Source: Zancudomyces culisetae HAW-14-8 (taxonomy: Eukaryota; Fungi; Kickxellomycota). Taken from it: a stretch of DNA of 64,000 nucleotides. The notes under the pieces were generated by a model. The model ran no database searches. It worked only from the letters and a program-made list of their open reading frames with translations, and was not told where the DNA came from. The number at the start of each line of letters is the position of its first letter. Positions within the stretch are counted from its first letter, which is position 1. Position numbers and translations under genes: made by a program. The stretch is from positions 2,232,001 to 2,296,000 of the forward strand of contig JBNJNM010000012.1 of the NCBI GenBank assembly GCA_052426225.1, in the 5' to 3' direction. Of this stretch, positions 25,055-37,683 are shown piece after piece.

Positions 25055-27975
25055 GTCCTTTGATTAGTATTTTGAATGGAAAGTACTAGATAGCCTCTCA
25101 AAAAAAAGTGTACACAAGCTCTGCACTAGTTATTATAAAAGTTTATATTATAACTACTATAAAATTATTGTACAATACAAAGCGCTTTATGTTCTATTTA
25201 GCTCTTTTAATTGTCTCTTAGCGTTAGAATTTTTCTATAATTGTCCCCCCTGGCCTTTATTTTCAAATGTAACCTCGTATTCCAAGCCTCAATAGCACCA
25301 CAAAGTCAGTGCACCCGCTTTTGTTTTATTCAGTTTTTCCTAACTTGTTTGGTTAAAAATTAATTAACGGGTACAATTCCCACGAATCAGCCGACATTTG
25401 ATTGTCACCCACCCCGGTTTCAGTGTTTTTATATTCCAGCATTTTTCCAGCAAAGCTCCAAAAAATAAAAAGTCAATGTATATGAATAAATAAACAAATG
25501 AATAGATAGATACAAAAAAGAGTTAATTACGTTAAACTCAGCGATTAAAATTATTGCAACTAGGCAAATTGCTCTTAAATAAATGAACGGGGAGTGGAAA
25601 GGGTGTGTCACCACTCAAGCATGAACTTTTGCTAGTCTAAAAAAAAAATTATTGGTGAGAGAACAATATGTGGGTCCATTCTGAGTACATTCTCATTTTG
25701 GTGTAGACTTGGTGTACCAGCAATGGGCGCTGAGTCCTAATATACATATATCACCCTTCACTACTTGTGGTAAGACAACAGTTGCCACGCTATGACATTT
25801 CTATATATAGGATCGTCTACTTGCTTTCCATTTATTTTATCCAAACAGTGCTGCTGCCTGCCGCTTGTATCTTTCTGCTTGGTAACAGATGAACAGGGTG
25901 GATTTTTGGTTTACCAAGCTCACAGACAGTGTTATGTTCGCAAGTAACATATGCTACTTTGGCATTCCTATGAAATGAAAGCTAAAAGTGTATATAAAAA
26001 GTGGTTTCAGTAAAATACGGTATCAAATATTGAAATTGGCTATTGATAAAAGAAAGATGGAGTCTAATGGGGATGAGCGGAAGGAAAAGAAAAAGAGGAA
26101 GGAAAACGAGAGGAACGAGGGGAAGGGGAAGGGGAAGGGAGCGGGGAGTGGTTTCATCTATTATTTCATTTTCAAAGGTACAGTCAAAAAAAAAACAGAG
26201 GTGTTACAAGAGAGACTAAGCGGTCATATTAAAGTTGATGATATGTTGTGTTGGTTGAAAAAGCCAGCAACTATATACATCATGATAGTTGTATAAAATA
26301 GCAATAACATAATGTGCTAAAAAGCTTAAATCAAAGCATCTAAATGTGTTTCTAATAAGACAAAGGGCCATGCCAAGACAAACAGTGTCGGGCCAAAGTG
26401 AGCAAACAACGTATAATTGTAAAGGCTCAATCTATATTTTAGCTTTCTCCATTAGAAATGGCTTTTTTTGATACAGGGATATTTTTCCATTTTAGGTGGC
26501 ATGAGAATTTCCATGGTATGATCTTGTAAGCATATAAAATAGCGAGGTTTCTTTATATGAAGAATTATTACTATTTTTTGCGTTAATTGCTTTTAGTAGT
26601 AGTATACAATAAGGTTTTCTGGCTATCAAAAAGTATGTTATTATTAAAAAAATGTTAATAAAAGGGCATTTTGACCTAAATCCAGTACTCATTTTCTGCC
26701 TAGATAAGTTTTGCTGGCGCACCATTGGCTACACCCCAAAATCGTATCCGAAGGTATGTTATTTTGCAACATAGAGTATGAAAGACAGTTGTTCGAAAAA
26801 GTTGCAACGCCGCCCAGTCAGCTTGCTTCAAAATTACCGTGAATTGGAGAAACAAGTTACAAGTTGATTCAAACTGCAATCAAATCTATATGTCTCAGTG
26901 CTTGTTACAAAGGTTCTTATTTACATTTAAGCAAAAAAAAAATTTTTATTAAACAATTCATAACAAGAATAGGAAATATTTCCAGAATGGCAGTTGGAAT
27001 ATATTCGAGTAAATATAAGTTTACAATTTGTTGCACTTATATCACTTGGTATTACATAACTATTATCAAAATGCTACAATAGTTTTATTTATGTTTTTAT
27101 TTCTGCCAATAGATTGACAATAACAAGTTATGATTTAGGTTGATTTGAAATCGCTATTTCAAAAAAAAGAAATTAAAGAAAAATGCAAAAAATAGAGTGA
27201 TTTAAGGTGATAAAAACTAATAGCCTCATTTAAAGGAAAGGGATTAAAGAAAATATAAAGCAAAAACATATATCAACCCTACGCTTATTAACCCAAGGTT
27301 CACAGGTTTGGTTATAAACTCGAACAAAAAAAAACTCAACCAACCCTCACCAGCATAACAAATAACAAATCCCTTAATATTAACTACAAGTAAACAGGTA
27401 TTAACAACTATATAGCTCATTCTTGCTATTAAAAAAAAGGCGTCCTCTGTTAGCCGAGTATTCAGCAGTTGGTAAAAATAATTGCTGTGCTTTTATATTT
27501 GTATAATTAATACGGGTACGTAATCGAAATAAGGTAAGAGTTTAAAATGAGGGCACAAATTAGACTTTGTATGCTCGATTATTAGTGTGCTTTTCATAAA
27601 AACTTTAGAACAAACACAACACCACAAAATTATGTATTGTTTAAACAAACCACGTCTTATATAATACTCATAGATTCAAGCAAAATACAGCAAAACCAGA
27701 GAATCAAAAGATTAAAGCATATGCCAACATATACGGTTGCTGCCTACATCGAGTAAATTTTCCGAGATACAAAAAGCGTACTAGAACCAAAATCAATCAA
27801 TACAAGCTTGAAGTTTGATACAACTTGGATGTATTTTTCATTCTAAAGCGTATCTTTTTATAAATCTAACCGGAAAAGGAAAAGAAATCCACTCACTTAC
27901 CCCTCCCCTCCCCCCCCTCTCTTACGTTATCCCTCCTGATATAAAATAAACAACAACAAAGTATAATTATAAAAC

Positions 27976-30900
27976 ATGGAAGATATTTTAGAACCGTTCT
28001 CAAACTATCATGATGATGATAATGAGGTTCTGTCGGATCCCAGCCTAACTATTGCACAGAAAAAGGAAAAGTTAAATGAAATATACAGAGAAGCCGCGCT
28101 AGCTGGTGATATTGACAAGCTAAAGCAAATGTATGAGAATTGGTCGGCAGCAGGATGGCTAGATGTAAACCAAAGAGACGAAAGTGGCAATACGGCGCTG
28201 ATACATGCAGTTTTTTTTGAAATGATGGATGTAGTGATAACCCTGGTGCATCAAGGAGCAGATCCGAATTTACAAGACTCAAAGGGATGGTCGCCATTAA
28301 TGTGGGCAACCATGAAAAATAACCAAAAAATTGTAGAGTTCCTTCTTGAAAATGGAGCAATATCGAGTGTAAAAAGTAAGCAAGGATATACTGCCCTGGA
28401 CATGGTTGCTGTACATAAAAAAAAGCCCATAGTCGTAGCTAGCAATCAGGTAGAAGCTACGAAGGGAGCAACACTTGGTAATACGAGTGAAAGATCTGAA
28501 AATAATTTTTTCTCGAGTTTAGATATCACCAACAGTAAACTCGGTGCACTGTTGGACGGATGGGCCAAGGATAATGGAAACAGTGCTGATCCAACAATTA
28601 CTGGCGTTGTAGACCTTTTGGAAAAGCATGGTGCCACGAGAAGCGGCATCAAAAGACAAAGCCTGCGCTTAGAAACAAATATCGGGTTTGTAAACGAAAA
28701 CACGGACATAGTGGTAGAAACTGAAGGGCAAAACTCCAAGCGAGAAGAAAGAAGCTTAGAAGAAAACAGAAATGATGAAGGCGAATGTGAATTACGGCTT
28801 AAAAGATTCGAATGGGATCAGATGCTACCCGACCAGATGTACGTGATACAATCATCGTCAATTGAAGAGTTTCTTGAGACAACAATCAATCACTTCAATC
28901 CTAGCGATTGGACATGTAACAACCCCCAAAACAAGCTATTATCTGCAAATGTCATATTCTTGGCACTGCGTTTTATTGCAGGCATAGGCTCTACAGACTT
29001 TGGCGAGAGCTTTTTATTCAGTATCACACTATCTTTAAAAGAAAAAATAGATAAAAGTAGTCGAAAAGCTACAGACCTGGCCTATTGGATATCCAACATC
29101 CAACTACTAAAATATTACATATGTAGAGACTCTTTTCTTTCCAACATTAGAGATGAAGGAATGAACAAACTACAAGAGTGCATTAAAGAGGCGTATACTA
29201 GTTTGCTGGCAAATGCGAAATGCGTCTTGGGAGAAATTCTTGATGAAGCAGTGCTAGACCATCTTTCAGTTCCAGAGTTGCTCGAGGGAGTAAAATATGA
29301 ACAGTCTTCACTGCTGAGGGGAAAAATGTCCTTTTTTTCTAGGCGAAATTCAAGCAGACTATCCATCAATACAAACACAAAGCCGTTGCGACGATCAAAG
29401 ACTGTTACGGGGAAAAATACCCGCACTCGACTCTCATCAGCCGAGCACGGTAAAAATAGTATTACTACACCAAGAGAGTCGCCTAGAAACTCGAATAGTG
29501 GGAATCGATTTAGCTTTATCTGGCGGTCACCAGTACCATCAACACCTACAGTTACCGAGGGGAATACGTTTCCAAGGAGCGCCACTTTTTATGGAGACCT
29601 TAGGGACAGTACAGAGAGTACAAACTCCCCTCACGATGCAAAGAAAGCACTTTCCCAAGAAAAAATACGCAAAGATGAGGTATTGAGTCCAAATGATATC
29701 ATAAAAGTTATTGAAGAATTTGCAGAGATACAGCTAGCTGCTGAAGTTCCATCAGAGATAATATCGGCATTTGTAACTGAAACACTGCAATATCTGGGAG
29801 CAGAAATGTTTAACAGAGTGTTAACCACATGCGAGTTCTGCTGCAGGTCCAAAGCCATGCAGATAAGGATGAACCTCAATACAATACAGGATTGGGCAAG
29901 ACGTAAAAAAGCCAAGTACCACGTTGAAGTAGATAGTTTATCGTCTTTCAAGTGTCTCTTCGAGCTTCTTCAGTTTTTGCAGGTAATAACAGGAATTCAG
30001 GACTGCGATTCACTAAGGGATACAGCCGAATCATTTGAATACCTTAATGTATTGCAGATTAAGCTTATTTTAGAAAACTACAACTATGAAGTTGAAGAGC
30101 CTCGTATACATGCTGAGTTTGTGGAGTATTTATGCTCTCAAGTGGTGCAGCTAACCTCGCTGCAGAACTCTCGAAAAAAGGCACTGCTTGTAGGGTACAC
30201 AGGACCCCTCCCACTATCTCCTTCGCTCGCTGAAGAATCATCATCTGATAAAACAACCATTGGTAGACGCATGGGAACATTATCATATATACACCCTAGT
30301 AGCGGCAATTATTTGTCGGATGATACCTCAAGGTTTGAAAATTCTGAGAAAGATATGACTGCACTACACAGGTCACTATCGTTTGCAAGAATAAACAGAG
30401 GCGGAAATCAAAACAAAAACTCTCAAAAGCGTTATAGCATCATTGGACTATTTTCAAAGGCATCATCATCATCGAACATCATAGGTCTTTCATCCGAGGA
30501 ACATACTGCTGTCTCTTCAGTTAGTAGATCGCCGCTCTCCCCAGATCACACAAAGAATGCTGAAAAGACAAGCTGGTCTGAAGTTAGCAAAAGCGCTTAT
30601 TCCCAAAACTTTATCAGCAGCTTCACTTACAAACAAGCACCTTCCAATACTAGCACACTGACGGCGCAAAAGTCTAGATTAGCTCCTGGTCAGCGCAATT
30701 TTTCCGACGAGTTTAGCTCCACCACAGGCTTCAATGATTCTACCATCATCAGTCCAGATGGTCATCAATTTGATGACGTGTGTTCGCTTGTCCCATGCAT
30801 TTCAGAACTAGGATCCGAAGTCAAAAATAGAGCTAATAGGGCTCAAGTCCAACCTCGCTCTGTGCCACTACCTGCTAAGCGCAATGGTATATTTGTACCA

Positions 30901-31590
30901 TCTGACCCACAATTTCTTCACGAAATCAACTACTATAGTGATTTGTTTGAGTTGATTGATAGTGACAAACTTGCAAACCCTGTCCCTATTGTGAAACTTT
31001 CCAGCTATTTAGAATTTTGGGAATCAAAAATTCCACCAATGAACGATAACTCAAATCCTGCTGGCCAAGAAATCCCTCTATTCGAGCTGAATCTGCCCAT
31101 TATCATCCAATTTGCCAAAAAACCTTTGCGCCTTTCTGACATTAGTTTTAATAGCTATAATTGTGGTCCCTCTCGTTCCATATCCCTAGATCGTAGCAGT
31201 AATCTCAAGGATATCATTGAAAGTAACGCTTCCCCCAACAACCGCCCACCTGATATGGCCTTGCATGATTATTGTAGCACCAGTATCTCGGATGATCCTG
31301 CCGTCACCAAAAGATGCAACCATGACTCACTGAACACATTAGTTGATGCTAGCTTTGATCATTGCTTGGACCACCCAAACCTTGACTTTGTTTCTAAAAG
31401 TAACCGCAACTTAGTTATTAATTCCTCTTCCACGATGTCTAATAGCACCTTAAATATCCTGTCGCATCTACATTCCGAGTCCCACATGCCTTCAGAGTTT
31501 CGCTCCGTTCTGAACTCCAACATTGAGCTTTTCCCCTATATATCCGCATCATTTTTAGAATTCCTTTCGGTCAAATCAGCCTCAAACTAA
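27976..31590 (+). CDS. Ankyrin-repeat and Dilute (DIL) domain protein
   Basis: Ankyrin repeats SGNTALIHA, GWSPLMWA and GYTALD. FEWDQMLPDQMYV and LAYWISN are present, as is the DIL motif EMFNRVL...CCRSKAMQIRMNLNTIQDWAR..LNVLQIKLILENY. Confidence 0.88.
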   Translation: MEDILEPFSNYHDDDNEVLSDPSLTIAQKKEKLNEIYREAALAGDIDKLKQMYENWSAAGWLDVNQRDESGNTALIHAVFFEMMDVVITLVHQGADPNLQDSKGWSPLMWATMKNNQKIVEFLLENGAISSVKSKQGYTALDMVAVHKKKPIVVASNQVEATKGATLGNTSERSENNFFSSLDITNSKLGALLDGWAKDNGNSADPTITGVVDLLEKHGATRSGIKRQSLRLETNIGFVNENTDIVVETEGQNSKREERSLEENRNDEGECELRLKRFEWDQMLPDQMYVIQSSSIEEFLETTINHFNPSDWTCNNPQNKLLSANVIFLALRFIAGIGSTDFGESFLFSITLSLKEKIDKSSRKATDLAYWISNIQLLKYYICRDSFLSNIRDEGMNKLQECIKEAYTSLLANAKCVLGEILDEAVLDHLSVPELLEGVKYEQSSLLRGKMSFFSRRNSSRLSINTNTKPLRRSKTVTGKNTRTRLSSAEHGKNSITTPRESPRNSNSGNRFSFIWRSPVPSTPTVTEGNTFPRSATFYGDLRDSTESTNSPHDAKKALSQEKIRKDEVLSPNDIIKVIEEFAEIQLAAEVPSEIISAFVTETLQYLGAEMFNRVLTTCEFCCRSKAMQIRMNLNTIQDWARRKKAKYHVEVDSLSSFKCLFELLQFLQVITGIQDCDSLRDTAESFEYLNVLQIKLILENYNYEVEEPRIHAEFVEYLCSQVVQLTSLQNSRKKALLVGYTGPLPLSPSLAEESSSDKTTIGRRMGTLSYIHPSSGNYLSDDTSRFENSEKDMTALHRSLSFARINRGGNQNKNSQKRYSIIGLFSKASSSSNIIGLSSEEHTAVSSVSRSPLSPDHTKNAEKTSWSEVSKSAYSQNFISSFTYKQAPSNTSTLTAQKSRLAPGQRNFSDEFSSTTGFNDSTIISPDGHQFDDVCSLVPCISELGSEVKNRANRAQVQPRSVPLPAKRNGIFVPSDPQFLHEINYYSDLFELIDSDKLANPVPIVKLSSYLEFWESKIPPMNDNSNPAGQEIPLFELNLPIIIQFAKKPLRLSDISFNSYNCGPSRSISLDRSSNLKDIIESNASPNNRPPDMALHDYCSTSISDDPAVTKRCNHDSLNTLVDASFDHCLDHPNLDFVSKSNRNLVINSSSTMSNSTLNILSHLHSESHMPSEFRSVLNSNIELFPYISASFLEFLSVKSASN

Positions 31591-31734
31591 GCTGATATTA
31601 CATTTACCAACCTCATACACACCTTATTTTGGGTTCCCCTGGGTGGATTGTACACACATTCGCGAGCAACATTATGTTTGCTTTTGTACTTATCTGCACG
31701 TATTTTCGTATATGCCATTTCCGCTATTCCTTTT

Positions 31735-31822
31735 TTCTCGTATTCCCCTATTTTCGTATTCCCCTATTTTCGTATTCTCGTATTCCCTTATTCTCGTATT
31801 CCCTTATTCTCGTATTTCCTTT
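31735..31822. repeat. Minisatellite, about 5.5 copies of 16-bp TTYTCGTATTCCCYTA
   Basis: Direct tandem repeat about 145 bp downstream of the ankyrin-DIL stop codon. Confidence 0.85.
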
Positions 31823-32428
31823 TCCATTTTTTCCTTTTGTTATATTGCTATATCCTGTGTCAAACATTCGCATCTATAAACAAACCCTGTGCTTCAGTTT
31901 ATTAATTTTATTCGATTTTGTTATCTCCGTGATTGTTTTACCATAATATATGTATCTCAGGGTTTTTTTTTTTTAAAAAAAAAAGAGACAAGGGAAAGCA
32001 AGCAGAAAATCGGGGATGAGGAAAGTTGAACCAACTCAAACGTTAATTAATAACGGGAAGTAATGGCGTTCCAAGCTCTACCCTCTGTAGCTTTGTGTGC
32101 AATAAACCTCGCGATGCAAGTACAAATTATCCTTTTCATTTGGTATGACTTTATTACAAGATGATTCATTCTGTTTTACATTATATCGATTTGAGCAAAC
32201 TAAAAACTATATTTTATGACTATATCTAAACAGAAAAAAGAAGCATCTAACATAGGACAAAATGATTGAGACCAAATACTAACTCTTATAGTTGATGATT
32301 ACATCTATTCCTCTCTCTCCCTCCTTCCCCCCAAAGAAAAAAACCATTTAAAATGCTACATTCGAAAAATAGCCCCCAACCTTGTGTTTGGCCAAACATT
32401 TCTTTTATTCATCTCAAAGTTTCATTGC

Positions 32429-33214
32429 TCATCGGCGTGCAAAAGATATTCGTAACGCCTTTTCTGGCGTGATCCTGAATCCATTTAAAACCTCCCTGGC
32501 TTCAGCAGCGTATTTAGTGGTTTCATAATCCACAAAGGCCAAGTCAGGTTTTCCTGGTATTCGGCGCACCTCTTTAAATCCTGGGTACTGTTCAAATAAC
32601 GCTGATAACATTTCTGTTGTCATTTCAAAAGGCAAATTTTCCAAAAACAGCACATTGTTTTCCATTTCTGCCTCCTCTTCCTCGGATTCAGCCTCAGCTT
32701 CTGGGTCAGCTTCGGAATTGCGTTCAGCTTCAGTTTTCGGTTTCTTTACTGTTTGCTCGTCATCGCTTGTTTGTTCCCTATCCTTTCGTTTTTCATCTTT
32801 TCTCTTTTCTATTTCTTTTTCAATTTCCTGCGTAGAATCGGTGTTCGCTATCATCGAAAGCCTTTTTAGACGTTCTTTTGCACTTAATCTCTCACGTCGG
32901 ATATTAACGACGCCCTGAAATGTACCATCTATCTTTGAAACGGAATCTGACTTGCTTAAAGCAAAGTTCACAGCAAGTGGTCTGTCATAAAAATTAAATC
33001 CCTCGAGTTGTCTCCTTGCTACAGCTGCACTTGACACGTCCCAGAAAACCACAAATGCTTGACCGCGCATATTTTTCGATTCTGGGACAACTATATCCAA
33101 CACTCTTCCATATGTTATACATAAACTATAAAGTGAGCTTCTGATTTCTAGTTTTTTGATTTTGCTATTTAGATTACCAAAGTGGAGCGTCTGATTTGGG
33201 GGGATGGACATCAT
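32429..33214 (-). CDS. U1A/U2B'' (SNF) family snRNP protein, two RRMs
   Basis: RRM1 has PPNQTL..NLN.KIKK and MRGQAFVVF, then FALSKSD. RRM2 has NNVLFLENLP, LFEQYPGFKEVRRIPGKPDLAFVDY and ISFARR. Confidence 0.92.
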   Translation of the reverse strand: MMSIPPNQTLHFGNLNSKIKKLEIRSSLYSLCITYGRVLDIVVPESKNMRGQAFVVFWDVSSAAVARRQLEGFNFYDRPLAVNFALSKSDSVSKIDGTFQGVVNIRRERLSAKERLKRLSMIANTDSTQEIEKEIEKRKDEKRKDREQTSDDEQTVKKPKTEAERNSEADPEAEAESEEEEAEMENNVLFLENLPFEMTTEMLSALFEQYPGFKEVRRIPGKPDLAFVDYETTKYAAEAREVLNGFRITPEKALRISFARR

Positions 33215-34750
33215 CTTGAGCAATTTCTGTATGTTTATCGCGTCTATTTAATCTATATAAAGGAAAATTCTGTGTACCACGTTTGAATCCCGGACTTGTT
33301 GCTCTGTTTTTTTTTCGTGTGTATATTTATACTTTTTATTCGTTTAGCTATTTAATTTTGCTAATGCTTATATTTGCAGAAAACTCAACCCTGAAAATTT
33401 TTTGTATTAGCTTTGATTTGCACAAAAAAAACACATTAAATAGATCTAAATGATCGCAAATGGTGGATTTTGAGACCAGAATACTAGGCGAGTGTGAGAT
33501 AGGGGTGATAAAAAGCATAATGAGCTATTCTCTCGCGTTATATAGGTGTATATTCGCCTTTTTCTTTGAAAGAATTGTCGGTACAGATAAGTTTTATTTG
33601 GTGTATACTCTACTTTATTATTTCATAATTGCTTGTACAAGGCAATATAACTAGAATAGTGAAACATTTTTAATCCGTATTTATCAGTCTAGCTTCTCTC
33701 TGTTTCCCCATGGGAGGTATATCTTTGTTTGATGATAATTAGAGACTAGCTTCTATTACCGATTTTGTTGTATAATTTTATAGAACTACGGAAAGCAATA
33801 GCAATAACAATAACAACAGCAATAAAAATATCTAATCAAATCGAGTTGTATGGATGTGCAACTCAGTGCCTGCGTATTTAACTAATAAATAATTCATATA
33901 CAAATATATGAATAGATATGCGGGAGTTTTGAGCAACAGTAGTTGGTGTTGGTTGGCTGGTTTTGTTAAAGGTTAAGATCTTTGAGTCTATCGCCCATTT
34001 CTCCACACTCTAAATTGAGACCATTGATTTTTTATATTTGTACTGTGTCTTTTTATGTGAAGTTTAATACCAAGAACAAATATGGTTTGTGATTGAAGCT
34101 AACCATTCAAAATTCTAGACTCAAACAAATATAACATAGCTCTGGTATGCGGACATTATACCTGTTTAAAGTGAAGACACTAGAACAGATACACGCATAC
34201 TCTGGTTGGACAGCAAAATATAAGAATCCTACTCTCCTTTTTTTAAAAAAATAAAACAAAGAGAAAAAGAAAGAAAAAAGAAAAAGACTAGTTAGTACGC
34301 ATCCGCTGGGTGGCAACATTTATCCTACACTGAGAATTCAACAGCCAAGAAAGCAATATTCTGTGACATCTTAAGCATTACATATTTCAATTCGAGCACT
34401 ATTCAAAAGTTAACATCAATTATTTAATATTAATATCACAACTTTGCTGAAGTTTTTACTTTAGAGTCGATAATATATAAAATAAATATTAATAAAAAAA
34501 GAAAAGAAGAAAAAAGTAGCTGCATTAAGGCTAATACCTCGAGTCAGGAAATACAGAGAACCTTTATTTATCATTCTTGGAATATTTTGAAGATAGCTAT
34601 ATATATAATATGATCGCTAAGTGATAGTCGACTCTATGTTTTGAGAGCTTAGATCAATACTTGTACTAGGTAGTGGATCATTCAGTCAAAATATAGACCT
34701 GTTAAACTAGCTAGATATATGAAAACAGTATATTCATTCGATAAAGCAAT

Positions 34751-37257
34751 ATGGTTAAATTTGATGCAATCAGCAAAAAAGGACAGCATCAGGCTTGTAA
34801 AACAAACAAAGTGCCCTTTGAGATAAACTTTGACAACTATACCATTAAAGAAAAAAACCAGTATGATATCGATGGGGTAAACAGAATAAGAATCAATGGC
34901 AAAAGGTGTAAAGTAGAAAACGTAGTTGTGTACCTTGGACATGCTGAAATTACAAAGACATTAAGAAACGTCAACTTGAAGGAGGGAATAAACAAAATCG
35001 AAATACTATATTTGCCAGCTACACTGATAAAGGAGAATGTCAGGTAACGATTTTTTAATATTTTTGTAGACGTAAATGGTTCTTGGCTCAATTCTACACG
35101 ATTGTCCTAAAAGATAATATTATGTAGCGTTTATCTATAACTTTGAATGATATTGACTAAAATTGAATAATTTCAATAGGATATGTGCTCCACTAAAACT
35201 ACCAATATATGATATAAGCATTAAAAGGATGCCAATAGATATTGCAAGAAATGGTGATGCTGAAGGGGAGTATATGGATTTGACACCAGACGATGTAGAT
35301 GAGTCCAAGCTTCGGGATGAACTTCGAAAAGCAGAACTGGGAATGGTCATGTTAGAAAAGAAACGGCTAATGTTGGATGCAACTTTTCTACCTGGAAAAG
35401 AAACTGGAGGTGAGAAAAGTTTTGCTGGCAATCCAGCGTTTGTGCTGATGGCAATGCAAGAGGATGATGCCACAGACAAGTTTGAGAGAATTTTGCAGTA
35501 TTACGCAGACCATTCTGCAATGCTGGAGAAAAAAATGAGTGACCAGGAGAAGCTAATTAAAAAGATAAAATACCTGATAAGGGAATATGAGGGAAATCAC
35601 GAGTGCTCAATGTTTGTTAAAAGTAATTGTACCGTGATTACTATGTATATTAACGCGGAGGAAGATCTCGAAACAGAGATAACTATAAACTATGGTAAGT
35701 ATTTCTATTTAAACATACTTGAAGTACTAATCGGTTTGTATTGCAAAATGTGCTCCAAGTTACATTCGCTTAATTAATGTTTACTAGGTGTTACAGGTGT
35801 AAAATGGGTGCCGATATATGACATCAGGGTTGACAAGTTTCACGAAAAGTTCAGTATTTACTATGGCGGGGATATTTATCAAGGTACGGGCGAGGTTTGG
35901 GAAAACTCGATGATTAGTGTGGTGACATCGTTTGGACTGAAAAACCAATACAGATTCCCAAGGCTTGCCAAATGGGAAATATATGCAAGGGATGCAGCCG
36001 AATTTCAACTCAATAACGAGCAGCAAGAAACTGAAGATGATGATGAGTCCGATTTTGAAAAACGGGTTAAAGAAAAGACGACAAGGACAATTGAAACTGA
36101 GAAACACAAGGACTTGGTCTTAGAGATACCAGACTTTAAAAAGATTTTGCGTACAGATAAAGAACTTAATGTAGATAGCAGTAAAAAAGAGTCAAACCAA
36201 GTATTTGTGGTGGGGAATAGACATATAATCTATCCAAATAATAGACCACACCGAGTTGAAAGTAAGCTATTTGATTTATTACAGAGGTGAATTTAAAAAG
36301 ACGCTATAACTTGATATTCACTAATGCTTATATATCAATTAGTGAGCATAAAAGAATTTGATTCGCATCTCTCACATGTGGCCTTCCCACAAAGACTTAG
36401 TACAATTTTTTTGCGCGTAAGAATGCACACTGCTATATTTATATATATAACTTTGAGTACTTTCCCTTGCCTTAAATACCTATACATAACTTTGGCAAAG
36501 TAATTATAGTAGCAATAATAATAATAGTAAAAAGAGAGAAAATACTCCTAGTTGTATCAACTCAGTAACATATATTATCAACATAGGTTCGAAGCAAAAA
36601 TACAACAAACATTACGTTTATTCCAGGAAAGTATTATGCCTATGTAAACAACACTTACACTTCGTCTGGAAAACTAGATGTAGGTTGCAACTTTTGATTT
36701 TTTATTTATTATATTCACATTTAAAAATTATTACACAGTATAACATGTGAAGCAAACTACTCTTGGTACTGACACAAGCATAAAACTCGCGTATCAAAAA
36801 AAAATAGTTTGTAAGACCGTATGAAGAGTTTGATATCAATCTGGGACCTGACAATAGCATACTCATGATCAATCCAGAACCAAACGTTGTCCTGTCAAGC
36901 GGTTGGTTGCTCTCTTCATCGGTAACAAAAGAACTTACGTATCCTTTGCTATTTAAAAATTCAAGTTTGGCAAATGTGAGTCTAAAAATACATTTCAAGG
37001 CTCCAAAACCTATGACCGAACAGGTAAATGTAGAAACAATTATGAAAACTGCAAGTCATGAAAACGTACTAAACAGAGTGCTAGGGATTACTGCATTTGA
37101 TAAAGTAGTGCCAAAGCTGGAAGGCGATCAACGTTCGGACTTTAGTGAAGATGTTTTGGAATGGATGGTACAGTTACTTCCGAATGAACAAAGATCATTT
37201 ACGCTATTAGTGACGGTCAACTACCCATCAAACACAAAGTTAGTTGGGCTGTTATAA
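34751..37257 (+). CDS. DUF4140/DUF4139 family protein (MuiA / F37C4.5-like), 6 exons
   Basis: N-terminal VENVVVYLGHAEITKT..LKEGINKIEILYLP..ENVR and a coiled coil. Later motifs are YGVTGVKWVPIYDIRV, IYQGTGEVWEN, FIPG..YVNN, EEFDINLGPD and LEWMVQLLPNEQRSF..VNYP. Five GT-AG introns restore one frame. Confidence 0.78.
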
Positions 37258-37683
37258 TATCCATTATTTTTAGTAGTGCTGTATTTATGGTTTTATACAA
37301 GCTGTGCTGTAGTTGCGAAAACTAATTCATCCAGAACCAAGTACAACCCCTACTTTTTTGGTGTTCAGCGTTTTTAGAAAAGGACGTAAACAATCTCAGC
37401 ATTTGTTATTTATATTTTATTATGTAATGATAGAAAGGAGAAGGGAGGCGAAACACCAAAGCCTGAACACCTCAATACTTCAAAACCACTATTAGAACGA
37501 ATAGGCAATGTTTGAGAATAATTATGTATAATAATAAACCAATAGCATTCTTGCTCTTTTTTCCAAAAATAAAAGTATAAAGTTATCCTCTACAATTTAT
37601 TTGCGCTTTAAGCAATTTTAAAACCCTTGTTACACTTGGAGATATGTTAATATTGTACATTGTAGCAGATCACATTTAAATGC

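Noticed and set aside
25860-25925. Sm-site-like GATTTTTGG with a faint U4-like start
   Set aside because: No U6-pairing or other snRNA signature is present.
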